Assembly: GCF_018350175.1 (NCBI RefSeq)
Contig: NC_058368.1
Coordinates: 191,334,001 to 191,398,000 of the forward strand
Direction of reading: 5' to 3'
Length of the DNA: 64,000 nucleotides
Origin: Felis catus
Taxonomy: Eukaryota
Shown here in pieces: positions 1 to 12,627 of this stretch (the stretch's first letter is position 1; each line of letters opens with the position of its first letter). Under the pieces are notes generated by a model that did no database searches, had not been told where the DNA came from, and saw nothing but the letters and a program-made list of their open reading frames with translations. A program made the position numbers and the translations under genes.

Positions 1-869
1 CTAAGGAGGGTGTAAAAGAAGTGAAACCTTGTCCTTGCCTTCTAAAAATTTTTTTTTTTAATTTCAGCAGGGCAGCAAAGCCTACGTGCATGTGAAACAC
101 TGATAAACAGTGCCAAAGAGCATATAAAAGAGCACCAACCAATGACCAGGTTCTCCAGGTTCTCCAGGCTTCCACTGACCGCGAACCCAGCATTGAGTGT
201 GCTCCACTTGGCCTGGGCCACACGGCCCCTCCCCGGCTCTTGCCAATCTCTCTACTCAGATCCAACCCTTTCCCTCGTGGGCTGGAGCCCTTCCAGTTGG
301 ATTCCCCCTCCTCCACCCACTGAACTATAGTGATCCCTCCTCCGGCTGCTACACCTCCGTTCCGAGCCAGACAGAATCCTCCAGAGATGGACGAGAATCC
401 AGAGTGAGCCTGAGTTTGCTCTGCGCCTTTGGATTTTGTGAGTTGGACCACTGGTTTCTCATGTGGTACCATCCTTAATGGTTGCTTCCCTGCAGCTGAC
501 CATTCTTCCTTCTCAGCTCGGAGACCATCCAGATCCCAGGGTACCCAACCTGTGGCACCGATACCTTCTGCTGATGTAATTTTATTTCTGTGTTCCTTTG
601 CGAGAATTATTTCTGCACCCTCCAACCAAATATAATTAAGTTTTTTTTTCAAATCTGAGTAAGTTTTAAAATAGGCTAAAAGGAATTATGAAAAGAGTGA
701 TCACGCTCATACTCCATGCACCGAGTAGCCTTTGAGAGGTGTCTGTGCAGCTGATAAGAATCTTGAGAGGTCTACATCAGCCATGATCACCAGGAGTACA
801 CATTACAGCCTTATACACTCTCATCTGAGCCAGCCCCAGTGGGTACCTCAGTACCAGCGCAGAGCACAG

Positions 870-1270
870 AGCAATCAGCACTACCAGATCCCCTTTTAGG
901 AAGAGTACTGATTCCTCTAGCTGCCAAGACTGAGGCCAGCAGACAGCCCTCGGCTATATATCCTCTCTAAGAATTGTCCTTGTGAGCTACCCTACATCCA
1001 ATGCCTCTTCCAGGCAGGGGTAGTAAGGCCCAGTTTCCTCATCTCAACTAGGGATAAACTGCAGTGAAGCATCCTCGCTTTACAACTCTCCATGGGATCT
1101 GCAGAGGCTTCTTGCAAATGGCAGTCTGTCCCAGCTTCTCCTTGCAATCCTTTCAATGCACAGCCCTTGCTGCTCTTTTGTACAGGTAATGATTCCACAG
1201 CCCTCTTGAGTAGAAGTCCCACATGCTAATTTGCCACCTCGGGGTCAGTTTCCTGAAACCTGAGCTACCC
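870..1270 (+). mobile_element. Old ERVL-class solo LTR remnant (LTR33/LTR16-like)
   Basis: 3' part (CCACATGCTAATTTGCCACCTCGGGGTCAGTTTCCTGAAACCTGAG) resembles the recalled ERVL LTR end; heavily diverged. Confidence 0.4.
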
Positions 1271-2834
1271 TACCCAGAGACTGTTGGATCTGTAATGCAG
1301 ATTCTCCTATTTATCGAGGACTGCTGTGTGCCGGGCACTGGGTCCCCGTAAGAAGTCTGCAGGTCCCCTCTAGAAAGCCGAGTCTTTTTCACAGGTGAAC
1401 ATATACTACACACTCACCTACAAAGCCGAATGCACTAGTTGTTATTCCAAAGAGTTTGATCTTTAATATCCAAGGTAGTTGCAATGATTCAACATGGACC
1501 ATCTGTTGTTGTGTCAATCTGTTCAGGCAAGAGAGTTAAAATCCTGGGAGAGTCTGGAATCACAAGTTTCTTGCATTCAAAAATAATGTGGCAGCATTTC
1601 CAGCCCAGCTGTGAAGCACTGGCTGACTAAGAAAATACAAGTCCCCTCGGAGACACCCTGTGCTACATGCTAATGAAATCAGGAAGAGGCCAGCTTTATG
1701 GTCTAATTGGTCATCTGAGAGGCTGGTTTTTTTAACCAGGTCTTTAAACAGTGATTTTCTTGCTGTAAATACACTGTCTTTTTTAAGGCAGCTGGGTAGC
1801 TCTATCATTTTTTACTTAACTCAGTATTTTTAACTCCAACGTTTTCTCCCCTCATATTATCTCTAAAGAAACAGTTCTGCTCCTGAAGATTAATTTAGTA
1901 AAAATAACACAAAATGCTCATATTTACAGGTTTGCATACTAACAATATCTCGTTGTTAAGAGATATTAACATCTTAATTAAGATCTCTTAATTAAGAAGG
2001 GGTCAGCATGCGAACCCAGGGGTGCTACTGATATCTTGTGGGCCCTGAGTCTAGACAAGGGGAGCAAAATCAACATTAATCTCGGTTGTGGATGAGTTAA
2101 AAGCAGGAACCACCATGTACAACAGGAGAACACATTTCATTGGTGCGAGAACTGCATCATCCTTCCTGCTTAAAGGGACTCCATTGACATAGCTGCCATG
2201 ATGTCACGTTCACCATGACTTGTGTTTTCATTAGTTCAAAAAAGCGTAAATGGCCAGGAAGTTTTGAACTGTTTTTCCTTTACTCCACACCCCATCACCT
2301 CCCAACACCCTCACTCCACGCCCTGCCAACCCAACTCTCTAATTTATTATTCTCCTGCAGACACTTGGGATCTGGTCTGATCCTTTGGATTCAGAGTCTG
2401 TTTCTAGAGACGCTCAAGAATCTGAATTTTTAGCAAGCACAATGGGATCGTTATGCGCCATAATGTCTGGAATTAGTTGTTCTGACAAGTGAAATCACAG
2501 TTGGAACCCCCAAATACAAATGAACTATGCCACCTTCTGGTCTTCTCTTAGATGTGTGCATTCTGACCACTTTCTGTGGGGCAGCCCCACCCGTGAAGAC
2601 CTCCTCCTTCACCTGCAACCCTTCATCATTTAACTCCTTGGTTTCCTGGTCCATTGGGCCCCATAACTTGACTCCTAACAGCAGCCTGACAGTCCCTTTC
2701 CTGGTGGCCACTCCAGAATAGTTTTTCATCCCTCAGATCCATGCACCATGACACAGGTAACAGACAAACTGAGGCCACAGATAATGGAAGAGCTGAGTCC
2801 TGTCCCAACCCCATGACAACATCAATAGAGAAAA

Positions 2835-3650
2835 ATGCATTCATTCACTCACTCATTTACTCCTTCTCTTATTCAACATATAGTAATTCAACATACACCA
2901 ATTACATGCCAGGAACTATACTATGTCCTGAGGATACAGCAATTAAAAAATAAACAAATAACAACAGGCTTAGAATTCATGTTACAGGGTTATATTTGAA
3001 CAAACTTTAAAGTGATTATGTAATGGGTTGTATATTTAAACTTGTGAGAGCTCTAAAGAATAATTATGATGTTCTATGGGGGACATACAGCAGTGAATCT
3101 ACCTAGATTTGGAAGAGACAGGAAAGCCCCTGAGGAAATAATACTTGACATGGACATTATACAGCGGGCAGGAATCAATATCTTGGCCAAGAGCATGAGA
3201 TGTGGATGGCGTGGGGCCAGAGGCAATGCCAAGGCAATGCATGGGAGGCCGTGTGTGTCAAGACCCTGAGGTATAAAGGTGCTCAGCCAAATGGCTGGAA
3301 AGCTAAGACAAGGACAAGAAAGGGGCTCATATCCTAAGATCATACTTGATCTTTACACTGAAGATTGTCTTCTTACTCTAAGAACCGTGTGAAGCTCTGA
3401 GAAGGGGAGTTAGGAATTCCAAACTGCATTTCAAACACTCTGGTTGGGCGTGGAAGACAAATGGGAAGAGCAAAAAGGGGAGCTGTCAAGAAACAAACGA
3501 GGAACAGTAAGATGCTGAGGAGATGAGATGACGAAAGTGGAGGGGGAGGGGGAGAGAGGTGGGTACTTTGAGGACTCAGGAAAATTTGGTGCTTGAGAAA
3601 AATATTAGACGAGGAGGCAGTGTTGAGGAGGATGCCCAGAGAATGCAGGT
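2835..3650 (-). mobile_element. L2 LINE 3' fragment
   Basis: Starts with CATTCATTCACTCA (reverse complement of the L2 tail), then ATGCCAGGAACTATACT..GGATACAGCA and a purine-rich L2 body. Confidence 0.65.
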
Positions 3651-3801
3651 AGCACTCTTCCCTTGGTCCTTGTGAACCCTGATTCATGGTCTCTCCTCTG
3701 GAGAAGGGGACAAAGACATGGCACTGAGTGCACACCCTCCAAATGGCATGCGCTCTGCACGGGGCTCTCTGTCTTTGTCTACAACAAGAAGAAAATAAGA
3801 G

Positions 3802-4300
3802 TATGGATCCTTCTGAACTTAGAATGGGGTTCTGTCCCAATAATCCCAGCATAAGTTGAAGATATCATAAGTCAAAAATGCATTTAAAACACCTAACCTG
3901 CTGAACACCAGAGCTTAGTCTAGCCTACCTTAAACATGCTCAGGACATTTAGATTAGCCCACAGTTGGGCAAAAGCATCTAACACATAGCTTATTTTATA
4001 ATAAAGTGTTGAATGCCTCATGTAATTTACTGAACACCGTACTGAAGGTGAAAAACAGAACGGTTATATGGGTGCAGAATGGTTGGAAGCCTATGGGTTG
4101 TGGATCCTTGTGGCCGGCCACGAGCAGCCACTGCCCCATCCCCACAGCATGAGAGAGGATCATACAGCATGTATCACCAGACTGGTAAAGATCAAAACTC
4201 ACCATCTGAAGTATGGTATCTACTGAATGAGTATCACTTTCACGCCATCGTGGAGTCAAAAGATCATAAATTGAAACATCACAAATTGGGGACAGTCTGT
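3802..4300 (+). mobile_element. TcMar-Tigger non-autonomous DNA transposon (MER47/Tigger5 family)
   Basis: Diagnostic AAAAATGCATTTAAAACACCTAACCT..CTAGCCTACCTTAAACATGCTCAG..TTTTATAATAAAGTGTTGAAT, ending TGGGGACAGTCTGT. Confidence 0.85.
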
Positions 4301-4579
4301 GCTTATTGTGTGGGATTTGAGGGTGGATTAAATGAGTTAAAACACATCAGTTACAGAGAATAGTACCTGGAAGATGACAGGCTCCAGTCACTACAACCTA
4401 GTCTCACACTGGCTCACGCTGTAGAATAGCCTCGTATGCTAATTCAGAGTGGGGGCTCTAGAGACATTTATATCTAACTATGAATCCTGGATCTGGCATT
4501 TAGTTTCTATTTACTGTTTAGCCATTTCTATCACTTTAGCTCTACTTTCTGAAAATTTCTTTTTAGCTCTGGGTTTGTT

Positions 4580-4910
4580 TTTTATTTCTTTTTCCAAATA
4601 TAAAATATTTCAATCAATCCAACATAGAAAATAAAGTGTCAGGCATCCCGTGCACACTCCTAGATTTAACAAATGTTTACAAGGTGTTTCAGATCTAATT
4701 TTAAAGAAATAAAATGGTGTAAGATCCAATTAAAGAACTCTCTCCATTTCCATTTCTTTCCTTCACAAGAAGTGACCATTATTCTACAATGTGTGTATCT
4801 CTCTCCCACAGGTTTTCAATACTTGTACTACATATGTAAATGTCCACAAAATATACATAGTATTTTTTTTTTGTTTGCTTAAAAATTTCATATAAATCAC
4901 ATCATACTGG
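4580..4910 (-). mobile_element. Old L1M 3' UTR fragment
   Basis: AT-rich, with L1ME-like motifs (AAGTGACCATTATTCT, CATATAAATCACATCATACT). Confidence 0.45.
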
Positions 4911-4914
4911 GCTT

Positions 4915-5076
4915 GGATAGGATTTATCCCAGGAATGAAAGAATAGTTTTAACATTTAAAATTCTATGGATAGAATTTATCACATAAACAGATTACTAAG
5001 GATATGACACATGCTTATCTGGATATAGCACAAGTATTTGATGAATACTTCCCTACCCGTTCATAATAAAACTCTC
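4915..5076 (+). mobile_element. L1 ORF2 reverse-transcriptase fragment (degenerate)
   Basis: GGATTTATCCCAGGAATG..TTTAACATT..ATCACATAAACAGA..CCGTTCATAATAAAACTCT matches L1 ORF2 'GFIPGMQGWFNI..HHINR..PFMIKTL'. Confidence 0.75.
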
Positions 5077-5104
5077 TTCAACTTGCTAATGTATCATGTT
5101 AGGC

Positions 5105-5285
5105 CAGGGTTTCTTAACCTGGGCATGACTGATATTTGGGGCTAGAAAATTCATTGTTGTGGTGGCTATGTGTTACGGTAGAATGTTTAGCCTGTAGTAC
5201 CCTCCTATTCCTTACAATCAAAAATGTCTCCAGACATTGTCAAATGTCCGCTAGGGACAAAATATCCCTTGATTGAGAACCACTG
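5105..5285 (+). mobile_element. MER20 (hAT-Charlie) DNA transposon with perfect 8-bp TSD
   Basis: Termini CAGGGTTTCTTAAC / GATTGAGAACCACTG; internal AAAAATGTCTCCAGACATTG; TSD TGTTAGGC at 5097-5104 and 5286-5293. Confidence 0.9.
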
Positions 5286-5293
5286 TGTTAGGC

Positions 5294-5440
5294 AAGTTAT
5301 TAATCCGTGTAAGATTCAGTTTTATCCCTTACAAAATGGAGAAAATAATAGGAGCAACACTATAGGAATCTGCAATAACACGATATAATGCATTTATCAT
5401 ACTGGCTAGCAATTTCACAATAAGATGTCAGTAAATGCAC
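5294..5440 (+). mobile_element. MIR SINE fragment (host of the MER20)
   Basis: GGCAAGTTATTAAT..TCAGTTTTATC..AAAATGGAGAAAATAATAG MIR core. Confidence 0.6.
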
Positions 5441-7639
5441 TTGGCTGATGGTGGTTGTGGTGATGGTGGGGATGTCAACGTCGATGAGGACATGAGGATG
5501 TTGTTGAAATACACACAAATGTGTTTTTCGTTCTCAGGATTCTCTTCTTTCTCTTGGGCCCTCTTCATTCATCACCGAGGCCTTCTGCAGTCATTTCCTC
5601 CAGAAGGGATGACAGCAGAAATGCACAGAGACAATGATGAGGAGTCAGCTGCCAGCCCCAGGAATGGGTGGTATCTTATGGATTGGATATGGGATTAGAT
5701 ATCTCATGGATTAGAATAGGTAGGATCTCATGGATTTAAGAAAGGATCTGCAAACATACAAATTTCCCACTGTGGTCTAGAACTGACATCTTGGGCTGAA
5801 AAGAAGAGACGGGTGTTCCCAGGAGGATTAGAAGTCAGAGGGGTCCTAAAAAGGAGGATCAGACTTGAAGGGCACATGCCAAAGGGGAAGGGGCTACCTC
5901 CAGAGGCCTCCTGTCTTCTGGGGGGCATCCCATCAGGGGTACTCTGTCTGTCCCTCACACACATGAGAACAGGTGAGCTCCCACATCCCATCTACTCTGT
6001 TACCATAAACAGTGCTTATCATCTCACTGAGGCTTCTAGGAGCTGGGATCCCAGACTGGGTCCAGCAGGGAGGGAATGCCATATCTACTTTCAGCACACC
6101 ATGCACTCACCACTGCTGGCTGGCCAGGGGAATACTGTTGCACACTGGACCTTGTTGGATAACCCATGTATTGTGACCTGTGGGAATACCTTTCCTGGAC
6201 ACCTTGATGGCCCTTGACACCTGGAGAAAAAGAGTGTGTGGAAGAAAAAATCATCTAGCACCCGTGCCTCACCATTGGATGCAACAGACAGGAACCAACC
6301 CAAGACTCCCATGTTACACTACAATTTTGTAGAAGTTACTTTTTATCATTATTACTCATCTTTGATGCTGGGCAAGTAACGTAACTTGACTGAGTCTCAA
6401 TTTCCTCTACTGTATGTGAGCCTGAAATCACTCAGTTCTAAAATTTTATGATTCCTCTCCCTCTACTTTTGCACAGATTAACTGTTCTTCATAAATATGT
6501 AGTAAGTGCTTGAGAAATATTCAGATGTCATCAGTTTTAAGTCACGAAAGATTGAGATGTAAAAAATAAAATAAAAATGAGAAGTTGGGCTACTTTAGCA
6601 GACAGTATGAATTGAGCGCCACAGAGAACTTGCTTATAAAATACCAAATTAATGGCAGTTTGGCTCAGTTTTTATTCACCTCTCTTACTTTCATCTGCTA
6701 TGATTTTTAAATAGTGCCTACACCTGAGGCCAAAGCACACTGACATTAAAACAGATCACCCAGATTTTTATAATCAACAGTGAAATGAACATCAGAAATG
6801 ATAAAACAAGTGATCTTAAGGAAAGGGCCATTACAGATATGACCCTTGTTTCTTGGATAAAGCTTTATCCTTATCTAAGCTTTGAGAAGTCAAATAACTT
6901 GTCCTCCATAAATATTAAGTGGAGAAGCCAGAATTCAGGGCCGGGCCTTCAGGATTTCAAAGACCACACTCATAATCAGAGAATATCCAGATACAAACTC
7001 TATACATTTACTCTACACATTGCATGTGCCATTTATAGCCATATTGTGTGGGTAACTTGCTGATTTAGTTGAATAGCCAAATACCAAGGCACTTCTTTTT
7101 TCTCTCTCCTGATCATTTTCATTCCAATCCCCTTCATTTACAAAACCCATCACCATTGACAAGTTTGGGTTGCACCTACAATTTCATTCATTAGAGAGAA
7201 CATCTGGGCAAAACAAAAGCCAGAAACTTTCATAGAAGTTAAGTTACACCTGTGCTGTTGTAACCGAGCCACAGGCTCTCCCTTAAAAACCTTCTCAGGG
7301 TATAGCTGGATTCAAAGGGGACTATATTAAAAAATAAGTCATTCATTTCTCAGAACTAATTTTAAATGGTTAGAAAATGAGAAAGTCTGTGCAAATATGC
7401 TATGGGTTATTAAATCCTGGTTTGGACTATACTGCAAATGGGTGTGGGTAAATATCAGCTGCGTAATGATAATTACTCAAGTCTGACGAGGCCCCACACA
7501 GTCAAAGCTCCCTGCCAAGTAGATTTCCAACTTGAAATTCTGTATACTCAGACTGTTTCTGACTTTTCACTGCAATAAGGCCAGAAACTAAGAAAGAAAA
7601 AGAGGACACATTTGACTATAGAAATATTTTTAAATTGGG

Positions 7640-8490
7640 ATGGCAAGAGACCACAAACACAGTCAAAAGACAAAGGACAGAGAAGAGCGGATTGACAACA
7701 CAGGTGCCCCATGTAGGGTTAATACCTAAAATATCTAAAAAATTCATCCAAAAATGAAACAACCTAATTGAAAAGTGGGCAAAATCATAAAGACAACAAA
7801 AGAAAGAGTGACCAACAACCATAGGAAAGATTCCTGAAATCACTGCTTATCCAATAAATGCAAATTAAAACAAACATATAATTGTTTCGTCTTTCAGATT
7901 AATGAGAACTAAAAATGCATGCTACCTAGTGCTGGTGAGAATGTAAGGAAACAGGCACTTCGACACGGCTGGTGGAGGGTAATCTTGTAATATCTATAAA
8001 AATCTCCAGTGTGCCTCCCTTCTCATCAATCGGGACCATGTCTGGGTGGTATTCTTATGGAAATACTAAATATCTGCTTAAAGATACAGGCAGTTCTCAA
8101 GAATGTCTATTATAATACTAAACATTTTGGGAAAAGATGAAATGGCCCTTATTGGGGGTGGGCTGTAAGAATTGTAATTCATTCTTAAATAATACTACCT
8201 GTTAAAAATAATTAGGTACGTGTAGATATACTGGTATGAAAGATCACAATATATTTTCATTTATAGTGCTAGGCAACAGAAGTTGTAACACAATATTACA
8301 TTCCATTAATAATGATAACAATAGTAATTACAAAAATAATAACCACTGCAAACAGTTACTGAAAAACGCTTGAAAGGATATAAACTCATCTCTAACGGTA
8401 GTTATCTTTTGGAGTTAGGACTAAAGAGAAATTTCACTGTGTCGTGTAAACATTTCTGTATTGTTTGTATCTGTGGCAATTAACATGTAT
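7640..8490 (+). mobile_element. Old L1 (L1ME-like) ORF2 end and 3' UTR
   Basis: AACAACCTAATTGAAAAGTGGGCAAAA, ATGCAAATTAAAAC, GTGCTGGTGAGAATGTAAGGAAACAGGCACT. Confidence 0.75.
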
Positions 8491-9626
8491 TCTTCTTTCC
8501 TCCAATTAGGAAATGCCAGAAAGTATTTTTAAGACTTGATGATCTAATCATTCACTTCAAAGGGCTTCATGAGTAGGGTAGAGCCAATGATTACATGCAC
8601 ATTGCAAGAATGATGATTCTGTACCTAACCGAGGCAAGTTCAGAATTGCTATATAGGACGGAATTCGAGGCAGTCATCTGTTTGAAGGGAGGTAACTGCA
8701 TCTGCTTTAGTAGAATGTTTTTTTCTTGTTTATTTGTTTATAAGAGTGAGGAGCACATGACTAGGAAATATTAACTTTGTTTTAACACCTGAAGTCATTT
8801 GTTTTTTTTCTAGGTATCCCTTTACCCACGTAAGAATGGCAATAAGGATTCCTGCATTATTCCCAGGAAAGCTATGCAAAGCAGATGAATCAATGCAGGT
8901 AAAAAAAAATACATGTAAAGTGGAGGACCCTCAACATGTATGAAGGGTTCTGTGACTCTGGACAACACCCAAGTAATAATATAGCAGTGTTTCTTCAGAA
9001 GATAAATTAATGTACTTTTCCTGTAATCCAGTATCTACATCGCACCTGCAAGCATGGTTTTGGTCTCTGGATTTGCAACAAACTGCATCAATTGTAGGAA
9101 AACTCTTATGAAACAACAGATTGATCAGAGGAAAAGTTGAGCCCGACAAATTCCAATGCCTGGAAATTATACTTGAAAGAACAGAGAGGGATAGTACCAA
9201 TATTAGCCACACAGCCACCATTGGTGCTGCTGCTAGTGTTTTGGAAGGAGCTGTCACTGACATTAGTCACCTCCTTTAGATCCTGTAAGAGACAATGACC
9301 ACTCCAAAGGAATCAGACAAAGAGAGATTAAAAAATAAATAAACAAAACTTTGCTGCCAGACAGACCTGGTTTACCAGAGCTGTGCCACTGGGGATGTAA
9401 CTCACAGCAGAGTAAATACGAAGCCAGCACTCCCTTCCACTTTGTTCCTTACTTTCTTCCACTAGAGAGATTGTAAGAGCTAAATGCTCACTGCCTCAGT
9501 CTTCCTCATACCAAAGGGCAGCCAGGGGACACTGATCATCCCAACTGCAGGGGGGGCATCTGTCCAGTCTGCTTTCTTTCCTGCTTTCTTCTCTGGCAAA
9601 AATAAACATTTAAAAAAATTTGAAAA

Positions 9627-9844
9627 GGGGCGCCTGGGTGGCTCAGTTGGTTGAGCGTCCGACTTCGGCTCAGGTCATGATCTCGCGGTCCGTGAGTTCG
9701 AGCCCCGCGTCAGGCTCTGTGCTGACCGCTCAGAGCCTGGAGCCTGTTTCTGATTCTGTGTCTCCCTCTCTCTCTGACCCTCCCCTGTTCATGCTCTGTC
9801 TCTCTCTGTCTCAAAAATAAATAAATGTTAACAAAAATTTTTTT
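9627..9844 (+). mobile_element. Can-SINE, feline SINEC_Fc type, young
   Basis: GGGGCGCCTGGGTGGCTCAG head, GTTCGAGCC B-box, (CT)n, A-rich tail; TSD AAAAATTTGAAAA; CpGs retained. Confidence 0.95.
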
Positions 9845-9864
9845 AAAAATTTGAAAAAAAAAGA

Positions 9865-10184
9865 CACATACACAGATGTTCATAGCAACGTCTTTTTTGT
9901 AAATGTAAAATAATGTAATTTAAGTATCCATCAATATGTTAAATAAATTGTGGTATATCCATAACATGAAAGACTTACCAGCTCTTAGAATGACCTAGAT
10001 CTATATGTACTGATGGGGACAGAGCTACAAAATATGTCGTTAAGTAAAAAACAACAGCAACAACAAAATGATTTTAAAAAAACAATAAAATATGCCCCAT
10101 TTACTTCAAGTAATCACAAAGCAAAACTATGTATTACTCTCTGCACTAATTTACATACGTGCATTCATGCAAAAACATCTGGAA

Positions 10185-10224
<40 letters not shown>

Positions 10225-10340
10225 ATTAGTAATAATGGGGCAAGAAATAGGTTGAAGGGTGGAGATGAAAGCATAAAATCCCTCTGCTCTTTATTATGGG
10301 AATTTTACAAAAAGAATGGGTTCATTTACATTTGTATAGC
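9865..10340 (+). mobile_element. Old L1ME 3' fragment containing a (CA)n repeat
   Basis: GATGTTCATAGCA, AAGTATCCATCAATA, AATAAATTGTGGTATATCCATA. Confidence 0.7.
10186..10221. repeat. (CA)n microsatellite
   Basis: Perfect CA run of about 18 units. Confidence 0.95.
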
Positions 10341-10681
10341 AAAAGAAATTACTGAAACCATTAGTATCCCAAGAATAGATTCCAAAAGCACCAACCCGCT
10401 GAGCCTTGCAACTGAAGCAAATACCCCCCCACACACACCTAATTCCAAGTGTCCTTCCATTAGAAATGTCTCAAATACTACTGACAGACTGTTTCCATTT
10501 AGGAAACTCAACAATTTAAATTTAGAACCACCACACAAAATACACATTTTGATCAACCTCCTACACTGCCTCGGCTCGGCTTTGAGAAAATGATGATCAC
10601 TTTCATGACTGTATCACACGAAAACGATCACCATCACCTCCACCACCTCAGCCCGCCGTCCCGTAATGCTGAGGCAGTTAC

Positions 10682-10732
10682 CCGTTTGAGAACAGTCCCA
10701 GGCAAACAAATTACAATTATTTACATTTCTGC
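10682..10732 (-). other. Candidate 51-nt internal exon of an unidentified minus-strand transcript
   Basis: Acceptor GTTCTTGCTTTCTTTTCAG|G, donor CGG|GTAACT; phase 1-1 frame (G)RNVNNCNLFAWDCSQT is open. Confidence 0.3.
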
Positions 10733-11889
10733 CTGAAAAGAAAGCAAGAACACTCCCTGGAAAGCTAAAATGCACTGAAGGAAGAAGGCGAGACACAGAA
10801 ATCACTTCTGACAATGTTCAATTATGAGGAAGAAAAAAGGTGTCTTAGCGTTTTCCTCCTTAAAGTGTCTGTGTGCCTCCTATTTTCAGAAGCTCCACAC
10901 CATCTCCACCAAATTAAGAGGAAATGGGTTGAGGAGATGGAGGCAGTGAAAGCAAATTGTCCATTCACTCCTGGCCGCCTCAGAAGTCATTACTGAACGT
11001 ATTCCATGGGATAATAAATAAAACTGATTGGATGTGTGTGGTTAAGAACATTAGAGAAACCTGGAGCGCCTTTAAAGAGCGTTGTGCTGAGAGAAGAGAA
11101 TTAAAAAGTGAGGCATTTCCTCTCTTCACATTTAAATGTGGTGGCTTGGGAGAGAAACCATACTTGAAATGGATAGGGGTAATTTTCCATCATTATAGAA
11201 ACCTTAAACAACCTCTGACTGCTTCTCCCCTCATCTCTTAGCATCCTAGTAAATTGCAGTTATTTGTTCCAAACAAACAGAAAGGCCCTTGGTAAAATGG
11301 AGCAATTTAAGGCTGGAAGAATACGACACCTGTAATTCAATTTCATGGCAGCTGGTTTCACAACATGCTCCTCTCCCTTTACCTATGACATAGGAAACTT
11401 CCCTCCCAGCACAGCAACTCTTCCCTGGCTAAGTCCAGGGCTCCAGACAAGAAGTGGACTTTTACATAGACAGAGACACTCATCACAGACAACGGGCAAC
11501 TCAGCCTCGGTTCCCCAGGCAGCCCGACATCCACTGGGTGCCCAGGCTAGCGGTAAGTTCTTACTCTCTCAATGGTGTGTGTGAAGCGATCGAGTATTCT
11601 AGAAGAAGTTCTCCGGGAAAAAGTGCCCACCGATTATCGCAATCTCCAATACATAAGACAATAAAGGCAGAGCTGCACAAAATGTATTACAGATGTAGAT
11701 ATCGATATATAGACAATTAGAAACTGTCCCTTATAAAAGAACTGAAAATAGAATACAAAACTGCTCAAGGCAACCACGGATTAAAATTTGCTCAGTAGAC
11801 AGAACCATAGGAAGTTGACACTCAGTGACCTGCTACATTCTGATGCTATTTGATGCAAACCCCCGTGTTAAGACTGATATTAATACTTA

Positions 11890-12365
11890 TACTGGGCAAT
11901 TCTGAGTGAGCACTCACCCTGTGCTAACCAACTACACTGAATTCTCATAATTCCAGAAGTTGAGAACCATTATTGTCACCCCTGTGTTCGAAATGTGAGA
12001 AATGAGTTTCAGAGAGGTTTCAGACCACACAAAGTCACACAGCTGGTCAGAGGTTGAGCAGGCAGTTCAAACCCCGACAGAGTGATCCGGAGTCTGAGCA
12101 CCCCCACAGTCTCCGGCAACCTGCAGACGTGGCTCAGAGGACTCTTTTCAAAATGTTCTCATGGAAACTTTTGACTTCTGTCCAACGTTTATAAAGTACT
12201 ATCCCACACATTGCCTTAGTAGTTTATTATTTCAAATTTTACAGTCAGAAAGGGTGTTATCCTCATTTTGTAGATGAGGACACTGAGACTCAAATCAGTC
12301 AAGAGACTTGTCCGAAGCTGCACAACTGACAAGCGGAGATACAAAACTTGAACTCGGAGCTGGAC
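11890..12365 (-). mobile_element. Two MIR fragments
   Basis: AAAGTCACACAGCTGGT..GTTCAAACCC; CTCATTTTGTAGATGAGGACACTGAGACTCA. Confidence 0.7.
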
Positions 12366-12627
12366 ACCAAAATTTGCTTTCCCTGTAGCTCAAAGATTGC
12401 AATGCATGTTGCCATTCAGGAGGCTGAAATCAAGTTGGACTCACATGGACACAGTGAGCACTTATTAAAAGAGTGGTGATTCTGTTTGGATTTGACAAGA
12501 ATTTATGGAAAGGCAGGATTTCCAGATATTTCTCTTGGCATCAAGAAATTTGTTGAGGTCTGTGTTTGAAGTGAGTACATGCTGTGTTTTAAGAGGTTTA
12601 TAAGATTTGCAAGCGTTTAATGATGAT

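Noticed and set aside
3373..3852. 159-aa ORF, longest in the track
   Set aside because: Largely overlaps an L2 remnant and the Tigger edge; biased composition; no recognisable domain.
4580..5076. Adjacent opposite-orientation L1 pieces suggesting a 5'-inverted (twin-primed) L1
   Set aside because: The pieces come from distant parts of L1 and no TSD is visible; more likely independent fragments.
8814..8898. Plus-strand exon-like segment (TTTTTTTTCTAG|...CAG|GTAAAA)
   Set aside because: No recognisable peptide or supporting partner exon; such pseudo-exons are common in 64 kb.
9620..9820. SINE-derived ORFs (e.g. GAWVAQLVERPTSAQVMIS..., also near 15873, 33017, 34393, 51487, 59719) and tRNA-like A/B boxes
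   Set aside because: Recurring translations of the Can-SINE consensus; the heads are tRNA-derived but are not tRNA genes.
10013..10593. ORFs containing HTHTHT runs
   Set aside because: Produced by the (CA)n microsatellite within an L1 remnant.
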